Positions 27,548 through 38,539 of a DNA stretch of 64,000 nucleotides are shown piece by piece. The notes beneath the pieces were generated by a model. It searched no databases, had not been told where the DNA came from, and saw nothing but the letters and a program-made list of their open reading frames with translations. The position numbers were made by a program, and so were the translations under genes. The stretch spans positions 5,279-69,278 of the forward strand of contig JAJRZN010000012.1 of the NCBI GenBank assembly GCA_024275235.1, written 5' to 3'. The DNA is from Deltaproteobacteria bacterium. GTDB lineage: Bacteria; Desulfobacterota; Desulfobulbia; Desulfobulbales; VMSU01. Positions within the stretch are counted from its first letter, which is position 1. Every line of letters starts with the position of its first letter.

Positions 27548-28372
27548 ATTTTTGGGGTCATCCGGCGGTAGATAATTACCGGAACTAACGACCTTACTAC
27601 CGGTTTTTTCTTCAAGCTCTCGGCGAGCCTTCCGGGCGATGTTTCCGCCGGTTTTAGCGGCGTGTTTATTCTCCTTGAATCCTGCCGCCTCCCGGCTCTC
27701 CGCAATTTGCCGGGTAGACAGCTCGGCCAGGGCTGTAAAGATAAGTTCCGCCTCGTTCATATGGTCACGCAGGTTCTGGCTTTTCAGGTTTTTTATTTTT
27801 TTATGCTCTTTTACGTTAATACCAGACCATTCCTGATGGATAATATTGGTAAGGATGGCGAATTCTTCTCCCTGCTTTATTTCGTGACTGCGCCAATAAT
27901 CGGTTAATTTATTCCTGCTCTCCTGGCCGGTCATGCGCTGCTGAATCCATTTTTCGCTGCGACCGTGTTTCTGCCAAGTCTCTCGGGCTCGGTTGAGAGA
28001 TATTGCCGGATCAGCCATTTCCTGCATACGTTCATAGCCAACCTTGGCCAGCCAGAGTTTAATTGGCTCGGCCTTGGGGCTTGGCACCGACTGCACCAGA
28101 CGGAGCAGGGTCTCAGCAGTGGCGACATCGGTGAGATATTTTTTACCATCGGCGGCAGTCATTTTCAGTCGGTGACAATTTGTCACCGACTGACTTCCTT
28201 CCTTTTTTAAACGCTGTTTGAGCTTGTTCCAATATTTTCGCGCGGTTTGATAATCTTCCTGTTGGGTCAGAACCCGGACGATATCAATAACCGAAAACCA
28301 CCATATCTCACGATCTTCATCGTAAACCCGGCGAATCTGATACTCTTCAAATAAGGTCATATCCGTTTTCAT
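27533..28372 (-). CDS. Bro-N domain protein (phage antirepressor-like), copy 2
   Basis: From Met 28372, MKTDMTLFEEYQIRRVYDEDREIWWFSVIDIVRVL is a Bro-N signature. The central SPKAEPIKLWLAKVGYERMQE block is shared with copy 1. Confidence 0.8.
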   Translation of the reverse strand: MKTDMTLFEEYQIRRVYDEDREIWWFSVIDIVRVLTQQEDYQTARKYWNKLKQRLKKEGSQSVTNCHRLKMTAADGKKYLTDVATAETLLRLVQSVPSPKAEPIKLWLAKVGYERMQEMADPAISLNRARETWQKHGRSEKWIQQRMTGQESRNKLTDYWRSHEIKQGEEFAILTNIIHQEWSGINVKEHKKIKNLKSQNLRDHMNEAELIFTALAELSTRQIAESREAAGFKENKHAAKTGGNIARKARRELEEKTGSKVVSSGNYLPPDDPKNKKMK

Positions 28373-28447
28373 AATAGTCCTTTTCCATATGTTAAAACCA
28401 ACGCATACGATCGTTGTCGTACCACTATGCCGCAGCATACCTTCTCA

Positions 28448-28510
28448 TACACCCTAACACACCCCCAGGGTCATATAGTGACCCACCCCCTAAATTTATT
28501 TTATTTTTTT
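28448..28510. repeat. 63-bp direct repeat, copy B
   Basis: tacaccctaacacacccccagggtcatatagtgacccaccccctaaatttattttattttttt overlaps the stop of the WYL gene and lies about 75-140 nt upstream of bro-N copy 2. Confidence 0.8.
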
Positions 28511-29451
28511 TCTTTTTCTTTGTATATCTCCATCATGGCCGCCGCCTCCTCCGCCACCTGACGGCGCAGTTCCGGCAGGGCGAGAACCTCCACGTTATGG
28601 CCGTACTGCATAATCCTCATCCTGATTTCGGTGAAATCCGCCACGGGCAGGGTCAGGCGAAGACCGCCGTCCGGTTCTTCAACGGCCTTCTGTCTGGGAT
28701 GCCAGGATAATTGATGGACAAAATTTCTCACCTCGGGGCTGAAACGAAGAACAACCTCCGTCAATTTCGTCCCCTTGAAAATCCCAAAGGCCCCACGCAT
28801 ATAGGTGTTAACATCAAAACGGCGGCCGATTACTTCTTCTTCCAAAACCGTCAATTCCAGGATACGACCAAGCTGGAAATTTCGCGGCTCCTGCCGCAGA
28901 CGGCAGAAGCCAATAAGATACCAGCCGCCATCGTAATTATGCAGGCGGTATGGCTCCACCTCACGTTCGGTAATGACGCCTGATCGTCCATCGCGGTAAC
29001 TAATGGCGACAAGCCGTTCCATGAGCATTGCCCGGCTCAAGAGATCAAAATTTTCATTGTCACAGGCCACGCAGGGGGCGTTTTCAAAGGAAAATACATC
29101 AAGTTGACGACCGCCGCTCAAGGTGAGCATATCTAAAAGACGCCGGCGCAGCAGGGCCGTGGCCGCGGAATGAGAGGACTGCTCAAGCTGACGGCAGGCC
29201 GCGGCTATGAGCAAAAGCTGACGATAATCAAACCAGAAGGAAGGAAGTTCAAAAGTCTGATCGGAGAGATAATAACCCCCGCGTTCCTGATGATAGGCGA
29301 CCGGAGCGCCGAGACGGTCACGCAGAAAGGCTATATCCCGTTTAAATGTACTTTCAGAAACCTCGAAACAGGCCGTAAAATCGGCACGGCACGGATAACG
29401 TTCCGCCTTCAGCCGTTTATACAGCCATGTTATCCGCTCATACCCAGTCAT
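28501..29451 (-). CDS. WYL-domain transcriptional regulator (HTH-WYL-WCX architecture)
   Basis: It has an N-terminal HTH (FEVSESTFKRDIAFLRDRLGAPV), a WYL core (VAISYRDGRSGVITEREVEPYRLHNYDGGWYLIGFC) and a C-terminal extension. Confidence 0.8.
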   Translation of the reverse strand: MTGYERITWLYKRLKAERYPCRADFTACFEVSESTFKRDIAFLRDRLGAPVAYHQERGGYYLSDQTFELPSFWFDYRQLLLIAAACRQLEQSSHSAATALLRRRLLDMLTLSGGRQLDVFSFENAPCVACDNENFDLLSRAMLMERLVAISYRDGRSGVITEREVEPYRLHNYDGGWYLIGFCRLRQEPRNFQLGRILELTVLEEEVIGRRFDVNTYMRGAFGIFKGTKLTEVVLRFSPEVRNFVHQLSWHPRQKAVEEPDGGLRLTLPVADFTEIRMRIMQYGHNVEVLALPELRRQVAEEAAAMMEIYKEKEKK

Positions 29452-29479
29452 AGATTCAGCCTATATTTTTGGGAGTTTT

Positions 29480-30542
29480 ATGTCAAGTCAATTACATTTA
29501 GAGGCCAACACACGGCCGCTGAATAAGGCGGATACCTTTTCCTTGACTCTCAACGGGCTCAATTTTATAGTGAATCGAAGACTCACCCCAACAATATTAT
29601 TTTCTCCCACACCTATGCTGCCCATCCAGACTTCTGTTACCCTGGCCCCCTGGTTTAATGACCAGACTTTAGAAAAAGCGGATACCCTGCTGCGCGGCGG
29701 TCTTTCCGGGTCAAACGGGATATTGCCTGCTCACGGTGGAAAAAGCGCCGCAATTATCCAGAGGATTCCGCGTCCACCAGATTAATTGCACTATTTGCGA
29801 ACATCGCCAGCGCAGCGGCGATCACTGCCGGCATGCGGCAGCACTAACCGCGGCCATCCTGCGAAATGATGAAGGCACACTGCGGCCGGGTACGCTTCGG
29901 ACTCAGCGGCACCCCCATTTCAATTTTCTGGCCCTGGTACAGCAGTTGAAGCAGATATGCAATCACCCCTCCCAACTGACCGGCAGCCGGAATTATGAGG
30001 CATATAAAAGCGGTAAATGGGGATTATTCAAAGAAATCTTGGCAGAATGCCTGGAGGACAATATCAAGGTCGTAGTTTTCAGCCAGTACACTACCATGCT
30101 GGATATTATTAGCCGTTATCTTGATGATATGGACATTAAATATACAGAACTCAGGGGCAGCACAACTATAGCCAAGCGCCGAAAAAGTATTAAAGCGTTT
30201 AATCAGGGGAAAGATATCAAGGTTTTCTGCGCCAGTCTCCTGGCCGGGGGAACGGGCATCGACCTCACCGGAGCGCAGGCCGTTATCCATTATGACCGTT
30301 GGTGGAACTCGGCCCGTGAAGAACAGGCAACCGCCCGGGTGCATCGTTTTGGGCAAAGCCGCGCCGTGCAGGTCTTTAAATTCATCACAACGGGGACAGT
30401 GGAAGAAAAAATCCACCGGCTTATCAACAAAAAACAGGATCTGGCCGCCGACGCGGTGCGCTATGATGACGGCTCCATTATCAAGAAACTGGATCGGGAT
30501 GAAATTGCCTCCATCCTGCAATGGACACCGGCATCCGGTTAA
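29480..30542 (+). pseudogene. relic of a SWIM-zinc-finger SNF2-family helicase (frameshift near 29700 and loss of almost all of the SNF2 ATPase N-lobe)
   Basis: ORF 29480-29785 continues in another frame as ...VFPGQTGYCLLTVEKAPQLSRGFRVHQINCTICEHRQRSGDHCRHAAAL (SWIM CxC...CxH). About 25 residues later comes ...LVQQLKQICNHPSQL (end of the SNF2_N domain), followed by an intact helicase-C domain (VVVFSQYTTMLD..., HYDRWWNSAREEQATARVHRFGQ). Confidence 0.7.
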
Positions 30543-30550
30543 TTATGCCA

Positions 30551-30583
30551 AAAAAAAAGGATTAGACTTAGAGTGTCTAATCC
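30551..30583 (-). terminator. intrinsic terminator downstream of tRNA-Ala (also closes the plus-strand SNF2 relic)
   Basis: A 9-bp stem ggattagac/gtctaatcc (30559-30583) has a 7-nt loop. On the minus strand it is followed by a run of 8 T (plus-strand A-run 30551-30558). Confidence 0.7.
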
Positions 30584-30598
30584 CTTAATATTTACTTA

Positions 30599-30674
<76 letters not shown>

Positions 30675-30919
30675 ATTGCAACAATTCTTTTCACGGCAGA
30701 TATCTCCCCCAAAAAGAATTAAGATAATTACAATAGCCTTTGACAAAAGTCAAGAAAATTCTTAAAGCAGCCAGCATACTATTTTTCTTGCCAATGACGT
30801 GTCAGTTTGTTAGATAATTGGTTAGTAATAGTTCAGTGGTACGTCCGTTGTTCATTCATGCTCTACGTTTTCCAAGTTAAGGCTTACCCCCTGAATAATC
30901 TCCAAATAATCTTCCTTGA

Positions 30920-31969
<1,050 letters not shown>

Positions 31970-31982
31970 TAGGGCCCAGGGC

Positions 31983-32813
31983 ATGAGGAGAAAAAAAAAG
32001 TCGTCCCAGCCCCTAAAGCTTGTTCTGATTATTGCTGTCCTGATCCCCCTGATTCTCTATGTGGCGCTAACCTCAATCGGCCGGCAGGAATTCAATATGC
32101 CGCACCGTCTGGCGTTAGAGGTCATGGGCCCGGTGCAGGGGACTTTTACCAAGTCCATGTCTTTTGTTTCCGGCATCTGGCGGCATTATATCAGCCTGAC
32201 CAAGGTAGCAGTTGACAATGACCAGCTGCGGCGCGAGATAGATAAATATCGTCAAAAGAATGCCGAATTCAGGGAGGCTGCCGCTCTTAACGGTCAGTTA
32301 CAAAAGCTCCTTGACCTCGACAAACGCCTTAAACTGCCCACGGTTACGGCGAGAATTGTCGGCCGGGATCCATCACTGTGGTTTAAAACTCTGATAATCG
32401 ACAAAGGCAGCACCTCGGGGATCAGTGCCGGAATGGCGGCAGTCACTCCAGACGGCGTCGCCGGTCAGGTAATAAACACCTCACCCCATTATGCCAAAAT
32501 CATGGCAGCCACCGATCCAAATTCGGCCATTGACGCCATTGTCCAGGACAACAGGCTGCAGGGCATTATAAAAGGAGATGGCCAAAATTACCGTCTGCGT
32601 TATGTTTTAAAAAACAGCGTAGTAAAAATTAATGACACCATCATTACCTCGGGACTGGGGGGAGTATTTCCCAAAGGGCTGGTAATAGGCACGGTATTGA
32701 AGGTCTTAAGAGCCCGACGCGGGATGTTTCTCCAGATTAAGGTAAAACCCTCGGTCAATCTCCATCACCTGGAATATTTGACAATTATATTACAAGGCAA
32801 ACCAACACTTTAG
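31983..32813 (+). CDS. mreC: rod shape-determining protein MreC
   Basis: 276 aa. It has an N-terminal TM segment, a coiled-coil (LRREIDKYRQKNAEF) and a C-terminal beta domain (ITSGLGGVFPKGLVIG). Confidence 0.88.
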   Translation: MRRKKKSSQPLKLVLIIAVLIPLILYVALTSIGRQEFNMPHRLALEVMGPVQGTFTKSMSFVSGIWRHYISLTKVAVDNDQLRREIDKYRQKNAEFREAAALNGQLQKLLDLDKRLKLPTVTARIVGRDPSLWFKTLIIDKGSTSGISAGMAAVTPDGVAGQVINTSPHYAKIMAATDPNSAIDAIVQDNRLQGIIKGDGQNYRLRYVLKNSVVKINDTIITSGLGGVFPKGLVIGTVLKVLRARRGMFLQIKVKPSVNLHHLEYLTIILQGKPTL

Positions 32814-32864
32814 CCTGAATGTGGTGATTATTTTACGCCGACAAGGGCCTCCTCCATATCTTCT

Positions 32865-33416
32865 ATGCGTTTTATATTATTTTTATCTCTCGGCTGTCTG
32901 TTTATCGGCCTGCAAACCACCATCTTCCAGGCCCTGCCCAGGTGGACAGGAGTGCCGGATCTTCTCTTTCTGCTCATCATCTTTATCGCCCTCCGGGCCT
33001 CCATCGCCCAGGGCGTACTGCTGCTGCTGATATGGGGTACCATTATGGGGGTGTTGTCAGGCTACTTCTCCGGCCTTTACACCATCGCCTATCTCCTGAT
33101 TTTTGTTATCGTCAAGGCTCTCTCTTCAGGACTGTCCATAGACGAAATCAACCATCAGCCCCCCATCGTTGCCTTAAGCTACCTTCTCGCCAACGGGATT
33201 ATTTATATCTTTTCCTCCATGCTGGCCAGCAGCAGCCTTACTCCATGGCTATGGGGTGAAATCCTGCAGCGCCTGCTGATTATAACCATCCTGGTGATTC
33301 CCGCCCACAAGATGTTCAGCCTCCTCTGGGATATGGGAATTCACCATGAAGACAACGGCTTCCCCGCCATGTTCAGAAGCAGGCAGGGAAACCGGCGTAG
33401 AACCGTCAGGCGTTGA
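32865..33416 (+). CDS. mreD: rod shape-determining protein MreD
   Basis: It is a 183-aa polytopic membrane protein between mreC and mrdA. Confidence 0.75.
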   Translation: MRFILFLSLGCLFIGLQTTIFQALPRWTGVPDLLFLLIIFIALRASIAQGVLLLLIWGTIMGVLSGYFSGLYTIAYLLIFVIVKALSSGLSIDEINHQPPIVALSYLLANGIIYIFSSMLASSSLTPWLWGEILQRLLIITILVIPAHKMFSLLWDMGIHHEDNGFPAMFRSRQGNRRRTVRR

Positions 33417-35337
33417 AACTACCTTGAAAAAATTCACCCCGACCTCATTTCGAGATAAGAATAAACAGGATTTAAATCAGCGGACTGTTATCTCCAGAAT
33501 TCACCGCATGGACGAAAGCGAGCTCCAGGCCCTGAAGCGCCGCACTAGTATCGTCATTGTTATCATCCTGGCCCTCTTTGGAATTCTGGTTGTCAGACTC
33601 TGGTTCCTGCAGATTCTGCGCGGCTCGCAATATCTTAAAATGTCGGAAAACAACCGCATACGCCTGCAATGGCTGCCCGCTCCGCGCGGTAATATTCTCG
33701 ACCGCAACGGCAGACCTTTAATCGTTAACCGGCCCTATTTTAATGTTACGTGGAACAAAGAGGATGCCCCTGATCCAGAGTTGATTATCCGCAAAATGGC
33801 CGCTATTTTAAAGGTTAATGTCAGCGAAATTTTAAAGCGAATCAGGGAGGCTGCTGATTACCCCCGCCATCTCCCCATTCTGCTTAAGGAAGATATCGAC
33901 TGGCCGACCCTGGTATATATTGAAAATCATCAATATGAACTGCCCGGAGTCCATATCGAAACCCTGCCCTCAAGAAAATACAACTTCGGCAATCTCGCCT
34001 CCCATCTTGTGGGCTATCTCGGCAGAATTAACGAAAAGGAATTAAAAAAGTTTGGCGACAGCTACCTGCCCTCCGATCAGATCGGCAAAATGGGCATTGA
34101 ACGGATATACGAGAAATTACTGCGGGGCGAAAAGGGCCGCCGCTATGTGGAAGTGGATGTCCACGGCTTTGAACAGCGGGAAATAATGGAACAGGCCCCA
34201 CTGCCGGGCAAGGATCTCAAGCTTACCATTGATATTGCTTTGCAGCAAACCGCCGAACGCGCCCTGCGTGGTAAGGCCGGGGCCGTGGTAATGATGGAGG
34301 TAAACAGCGGCAAACTGCTGGTTCTGGCCAGTTCACCACCCCTGAAGTTACAGGAGTTTATCGGCGGTATTTCAACTAAAAACTGGAAGGCCATGCTAAA
34401 TGATCCCCTGAAGCCCTTTATAAACAAGACCATCCAGGGGCAATACCCACCAGGTTCCACCTATAAAATTGTTACGGCCCTGGCGGGCCTGAGTGAGGGA
34501 GCCATTACCCCGGATACCATATTCTACTGCACAGGCTCAATGCTGCTTTACGGCCGCCGCTATCATTGCTGGAAACGCTCCGGACACGGAGCGGTAAATT
34601 TAAAAAAGGCCCTGCGTGAATCATGCGATATATATTTCTATCATGTCGGCCTCAAGGTCGGAGTGAACAATTTGGCGAAATACGCCCTTAGCCTCGGTTT
34701 AGGACGCAAGACAGGGATCAATATGCCAAATGAAAAGCCAGGCCTGGTTCCCACCAAGAGCTGGAAAAGACGGCGTTATAAACAGGAATGGCAGGAGGGG
34801 GAGACCATGTCGGTGGCCATTGGCCAGGGATTTAACCTGGTAACTCCGCTCCAGGTCTGTGAGATGACCGCCACCCTCGCCAATGGCGGCACCCGCTACC
34901 GGCCGCAGTTTGTAGAATCCGTCATAGATGCCGATGGCAAGGTAGTAAAACCGTTCCGCCCCGTGATAGACGGCCACGCCCTGGGCAGTAAACACTCCCT
35001 GGCCCTGATCCGGGCAGGGCTGGTGGCGGCGGTAAACGAAAAGCACGGCACCGGCAGCGTCGCCAGGATGAAATCAATCCTGGTGGGGGGCAAAACCGGC
35101 ACCGCCCAGGTGGTGAGGCTGGCCCAATACCGCCATCTACCGGCCAAGGATATTCCTTATAAATACCGAGATCATGCCTGGTTTACCTGCTTCGCTCCCG
35201 CCGATAAACCCCAAATAGCCATCACCGTCCTCGTTGAGCACGGCCGCCATGGCGGTTCCGAGGCAGCGCCCATAGCCAAGGCCTTATTAGAGCAATATTT
35301 TAACGGGAAAACGGCTGAACATCCCACAGACAAATAA
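33346..35337 (+). CDS. mrdA: penicillin-binding protein 2 (elongasome transpeptidase); start uncertain (33346, TTG 33424 or ATG 33508)
   Basis: It has a TM segment, then LQILRGSQYLKMSENNRIRL...APRGNILDRNGRPL (PBP dimerisation domain) and the transpeptidase motifs STYK, SxD and KTGTA. Confidence 0.9.
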   Translation: MKTTASPPCSEAGRETGVEPSGVETTLKKFTPTSFRDKNKQDLNQRTVISRIHRMDESELQALKRRTSIVIVIILALFGILVVRLWFLQILRGSQYLKMSENNRIRLQWLPAPRGNILDRNGRPLIVNRPYFNVTWNKEDAPDPELIIRKMAAILKVNVSEILKRIREAADYPRHLPILLKEDIDWPTLVYIENHQYELPGVHIETLPSRKYNFGNLASHLVGYLGRINEKELKKFGDSYLPSDQIGKMGIERIYEKLLRGEKGRRYVEVDVHGFEQREIMEQAPLPGKDLKLTIDIALQQTAERALRGKAGAVVMMEVNSGKLLVLASSPPLKLQEFIGGISTKNWKAMLNDPLKPFINKTIQGQYPPGSTYKIVTALAGLSEGAITPDTIFYCTGSMLLYGRRYHCWKRSGHGAVNLKKALRESCDIYFYHVGLKVGVNNLAKYALSLGLGRKTGINMPNEKPGLVPTKSWKRRRYKQEWQEGETMSVAIGQGFNLVTPLQVCEMTATLANGGTRYRPQFVESVIDADGKVVKPFRPVIDGHALGSKHSLALIRAGLVAAVNEKHGTGSVARMKSILVGGKTGTAQVVRLAQYRHLPAKDIPYKYRDHAWFTCFAPADKPQIAITVLVEHGRHGGSEAAPIAKALLEQYFNGKTAEHPTDK

Positions 35338-35343
35338 TCCGCC

Positions 35344-36456
35344 ATGTTCCAATTCGACCGCCGTCTGATCTTAAATTTCGACTGGATTCTCCTGCTTACC
35401 GTGCTGGCCGTAATCGGCATGGGGCTGGTTAACCTTTATTCCGCCACCACCAACGGCTACACCTCATCGCATATCTTTATAAAACAGATATATTTCTATA
35501 TAATCGGACTGGGGCTGGTTGTTACAATTATAAGCGTGGATTACCGGGTACTGCTCAGCTGGAACTATGTATTTTACGGGGTGATTATCCTGCTCCTGAT
35601 CATGGCCAAATTCTTTGGCAACAGCGCCGGCGGCGCTCAGCGCTGGATCAATCTGGGCTTTTTTAAACTCCAGCCCTCAGAACCTGCCAAGCTCGCCATG
35701 GTTATCTGCCTCGCCAGCTATTATTACCGGAAGGATACCGGCAAGGGCTTCAGCTTAAGGGAATTAATTGCCCCCGGCCTGCTGGCCGGTATTCCCTTTA
35801 TACTCATCGTCAAGCAGCCTGATCTCGGCACCGCCCTGATGATTGCCATGATCGCCATATCCATGACGCTCTTTGTCAAACTGCGCTGGAGCACCTTGGT
35901 CATCATCATTATGGCCTGTATGATTATTGCCCCGTTAGGCTGGAAGTTTGCCCTGAAACCATATCAGCAGCAGCGAATAGAGACATTCCTGCATCCGGAG
36001 GGCGACCCGTTAACCACCGGCTATCACATCATGCAGTCCAAGATAGCAGTGGGCTCGGGCCGAGCCTTTGGCAAGGGATTTTTGAAGGGCTCACAGGCCC
36101 ACCTGGATTTTCTGCCCGAACATCATACCGATTTTGCCTTCTCGGTATGGGCGGAAGAGTTTGGTTTTGCCGGCTCAGTATTTTTCCTGGCCTGTTACAC
36201 CTTTATGCTGTTGCTCGGCCTGAATATTGCGCTCTCGGCCAGGGACAAATTCGGCGTCCTCCTGGCCTTTGGCATAGTGGCTCTTATCTTCTGGCAGGCC
36301 TTTATCAATCTGGCCATGATTTTAGGATTGCTGCCGGTGGTGGGCATGCCTCTGCCACTCTTCAGTTACGGCGGCTCTTCGCTGTTAACCAATATGGCCG
36401 GCATCTGCATACTCTTCAATATCCGCATGCGGCGTTTTATGGTTAAGACCACCTGA
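35344..36456 (+). CDS. rodA: peptidoglycan glycosyltransferase RodA (SEDS family)
   Basis: It is a 370-aa polytopic protein with QPSEPAKLAM and a SEDS pattern, directly after mrdA. Confidence 0.92.
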   Translation: MFQFDRRLILNFDWILLLTVLAVIGMGLVNLYSATTNGYTSSHIFIKQIYFYIIGLGLVVTIISVDYRVLLSWNYVFYGVIILLLIMAKFFGNSAGGAQRWINLGFFKLQPSEPAKLAMVICLASYYYRKDTGKGFSLRELIAPGLLAGIPFILIVKQPDLGTALMIAMIAISMTLFVKLRWSTLVIIIMACMIIAPLGWKFALKPYQQQRIETFLHPEGDPLTTGYHIMQSKIAVGSGRAFGKGFLKGSQAHLDFLPEHHTDFAFSVWAEEFGFAGSVFFLACYTFMLLLGLNIALSARDKFGVLLAFGIVALIFWQAFINLAMILGLLPVVGMPLPLFSYGGSSLLTNMAGICILFNIRMRRFMVKTT

Positions 36457-36484
36457 AAAAATTCACCTGCCGGGGGCATAGCTG

Positions 36485-38146
36485 TTACTGAGCAGTCGGC
36501 TGCTGTTTTACACGTTTCGGCAGCTGAAGCGGGAAGGTCAACACCGTAGAGGTGGCGTCGCTCAAGATGTCAATGCCACCACTGCGTAGAATTAATCCCA
36601 CATAGAGATTAGCTGTGCCGGCTGAATTCTTATTTTTGGTATCAGCCGCCGGTTTTTTAATGGGCCCAAGCTGATAATCGGCTATATAACCGTCGATCTT
36701 CCGGGTACGCCAGAGCTCGGTAAGACCTATACCGTTCCAGGTCAGGGCGTAAATCTCCCCGCTGGGATAACTCTTATGCTTGGCCATGAACCGGGATGCT
36801 GAAGATAGATTCCGGTTGATAATTATATCGGGATGACCGTCACCGTTAACATCACGGACAATGATACGGGCCGGAACATATATCCTTGGCGGCTCATAGG
36901 AACCATTTTCCAGATCTTTATTTATATCATCAAAGCCAATGCCGCCAAGATAGGTAGTGGTGCCGCCATAATAATCATCGCTGACCCACATAACCTTGCC
37001 GCTGGGACGCAGAACAAGAATTTTATCACCATGACTGATGGCCACTACCTCATTACGGCCGTCGCCATCCAGATCGGCAATGGAAAAATCAAAAAGATTG
37101 ACCCCGTTAACCGGCACCATTCCGGACTTAACAAGTTGACCTTTTTTTAACTTAAGCCGATAAATTCCAGGGGCCAGCAAAGTTCCAAAACCAGCTTTCT
37201 GACCGGCCAGCACCCGCCCTTCACCAGGGATATTAATCGCCCTTATATACCACCTCTGATTTTTGGCCAGCTTGACAAAATTCTTGCCATCCCATTCCAG
37301 AATAAAAGAGTTGGGGCGTTTGGCATCGGCGGCGCTGACATATATTTCCTGCCGCCCATTTTTATTCAGATCAGCCATAGTAATGGCATGAATGGCATAA
37401 CGTTCAGGGGTTGACATCTGCCATATTTTCTGAAAACGATTGCCCAGTCGGCGGTAAATTCTGATCTCATGCTTGGCCGCCAGAACAAACTCCGTTTTAC
37501 CGTCGCCGTCTACATCTCCGACATCCATGGCCACCAGGCCAAAATGGAAATTCTGGCTCTTTAAAAAGCCGAAGGGCCCGGTGATTACCCCCCGCGGCCG
37601 CAGGAGACTGCCGCCGTAACCACCCTGCAGACCGGCCCGAAAGGCAAGCTCCGGATTGGCGGTCTGATAGGGAGAAACGGCAGCAGCCGGGGCGGCAATT
37701 GCCGCAACGCGCGGAGCAGGAGTGCTCAGAGCGCTGGCTGGTTTCTTCCTGCCAAAGACCTTCTCGGCGATATCCCAGCTCAGAGAATCAACCGCCTTTA
37801 TAATTCCGCCCTCCGTGGCGGCAGTGGCATAAAACTTCCTGCTCTGGCCACCCTTGACCGGGGCAAGCGTCACGTCAAGCGAATAGCTGCCGCCAAAGAC
37901 CGTCATACTGCCCTTCAGGATGTAATCGGCCCCGGCATCCGGGGACACTATATTCACCCCGGCGTTATCAGCGAGACGGCTGGCCAGCATCGACCTGATC
38001 CCGCTTTTAAGATATGACATATCTTTAGCGGCGTTAATGGTAAACGGTTTAATAACCACCGTGGGCGGAGCCGCCAGCACCGGGAGGGCAAAGGAGATAA
38101 TCAGGGCGGCAAGAACGTAAATCTGCAAAAATCGTTTAGAATTCAT
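36485..38146 (-). CDS. secreted FG-GAP/VCBS repeat protein
   Basis: A signal peptide starts from Met 38146 (MNSKRFLQIYVLAALIISFALPVLAAPP). It has repeated DxDGDGxxE loops (DVDGDGKTEFV, DLNKNGRQEIY, DLDGDGRNEVV, DVNGDGHPDII). Confidence 0.7.
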   Translation of the reverse strand: MNSKRFLQIYVLAALIISFALPVLAAPPTVVIKPFTINAAKDMSYLKSGIRSMLASRLADNAGVNIVSPDAGADYILKGSMTVFGGSYSLDVTLAPVKGGQSRKFYATAATEGGIIKAVDSLSWDIAEKVFGRKKPASALSTPAPRVAAIAAPAAAVSPYQTANPELAFRAGLQGGYGGSLLRPRGVITGPFGFLKSQNFHFGLVAMDVGDVDGDGKTEFVLAAKHEIRIYRRLGNRFQKIWQMSTPERYAIHAITMADLNKNGRQEIYVSAADAKRPNSFILEWDGKNFVKLAKNQRWYIRAINIPGEGRVLAGQKAGFGTLLAPGIYRLKLKKGQLVKSGMVPVNGVNLFDFSIADLDGDGRNEVVAISHGDKILVLRPSGKVMWVSDDYYGGTTTYLGGIGFDDINKDLENGSYEPPRIYVPARIIVRDVNGDGHPDIIINRNLSSASRFMAKHKSYPSGEIYALTWNGIGLTELWRTRKIDGYIADYQLGPIKKPAADTKNKNSAGTANLYVGLILRSGGIDILSDATSTVLTFPLQLPKRVKQQPTAQ

Positions 38147-38432
38147 AATGTTATTAAGGCTGTGGTTAACTTCATGATAAAGACAACTGTTAAAAAATAT
38201 CATCGTAACTACTCAAGCGGGGAAAAAACCGCCATACATGGAGCTCTTCAACTGACAGCTCACAATTACACATTAGCAAATAAACTATTTTACAGCACTT
38301 GGCAACCAGACATATTAAATATGTTAACTACAACGCCATCAAATATCCGGTAATTATTTATCTACGCCCAATCCGAACTCCTACATAGTCGCTTATCTAA
38401 ACAGTCAGCCCTTTATATTTCCTTTATTAATC

Positions 38433-38460
38433 TTGCAATTACCAGTTTTTTAGTTATAAT
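38433..38460 (+). promoter_or_regulatory. sigma70-like promoter upstream of the multihaem cytochrome gene
   Basis: TTGCAA (38433-38438), 16 nt, then a perfect TATAAT (38455-38460), about 80 nt upstream of the ATG at 38540. Confidence 0.45.
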
Positions 38461-38539
38461 TCGTGATTAAATATGGATACTCACAAATGAACAAAGTATA
38501 AAATTACTTGTAATATTACACACTTAATGGAGAAGTGAA

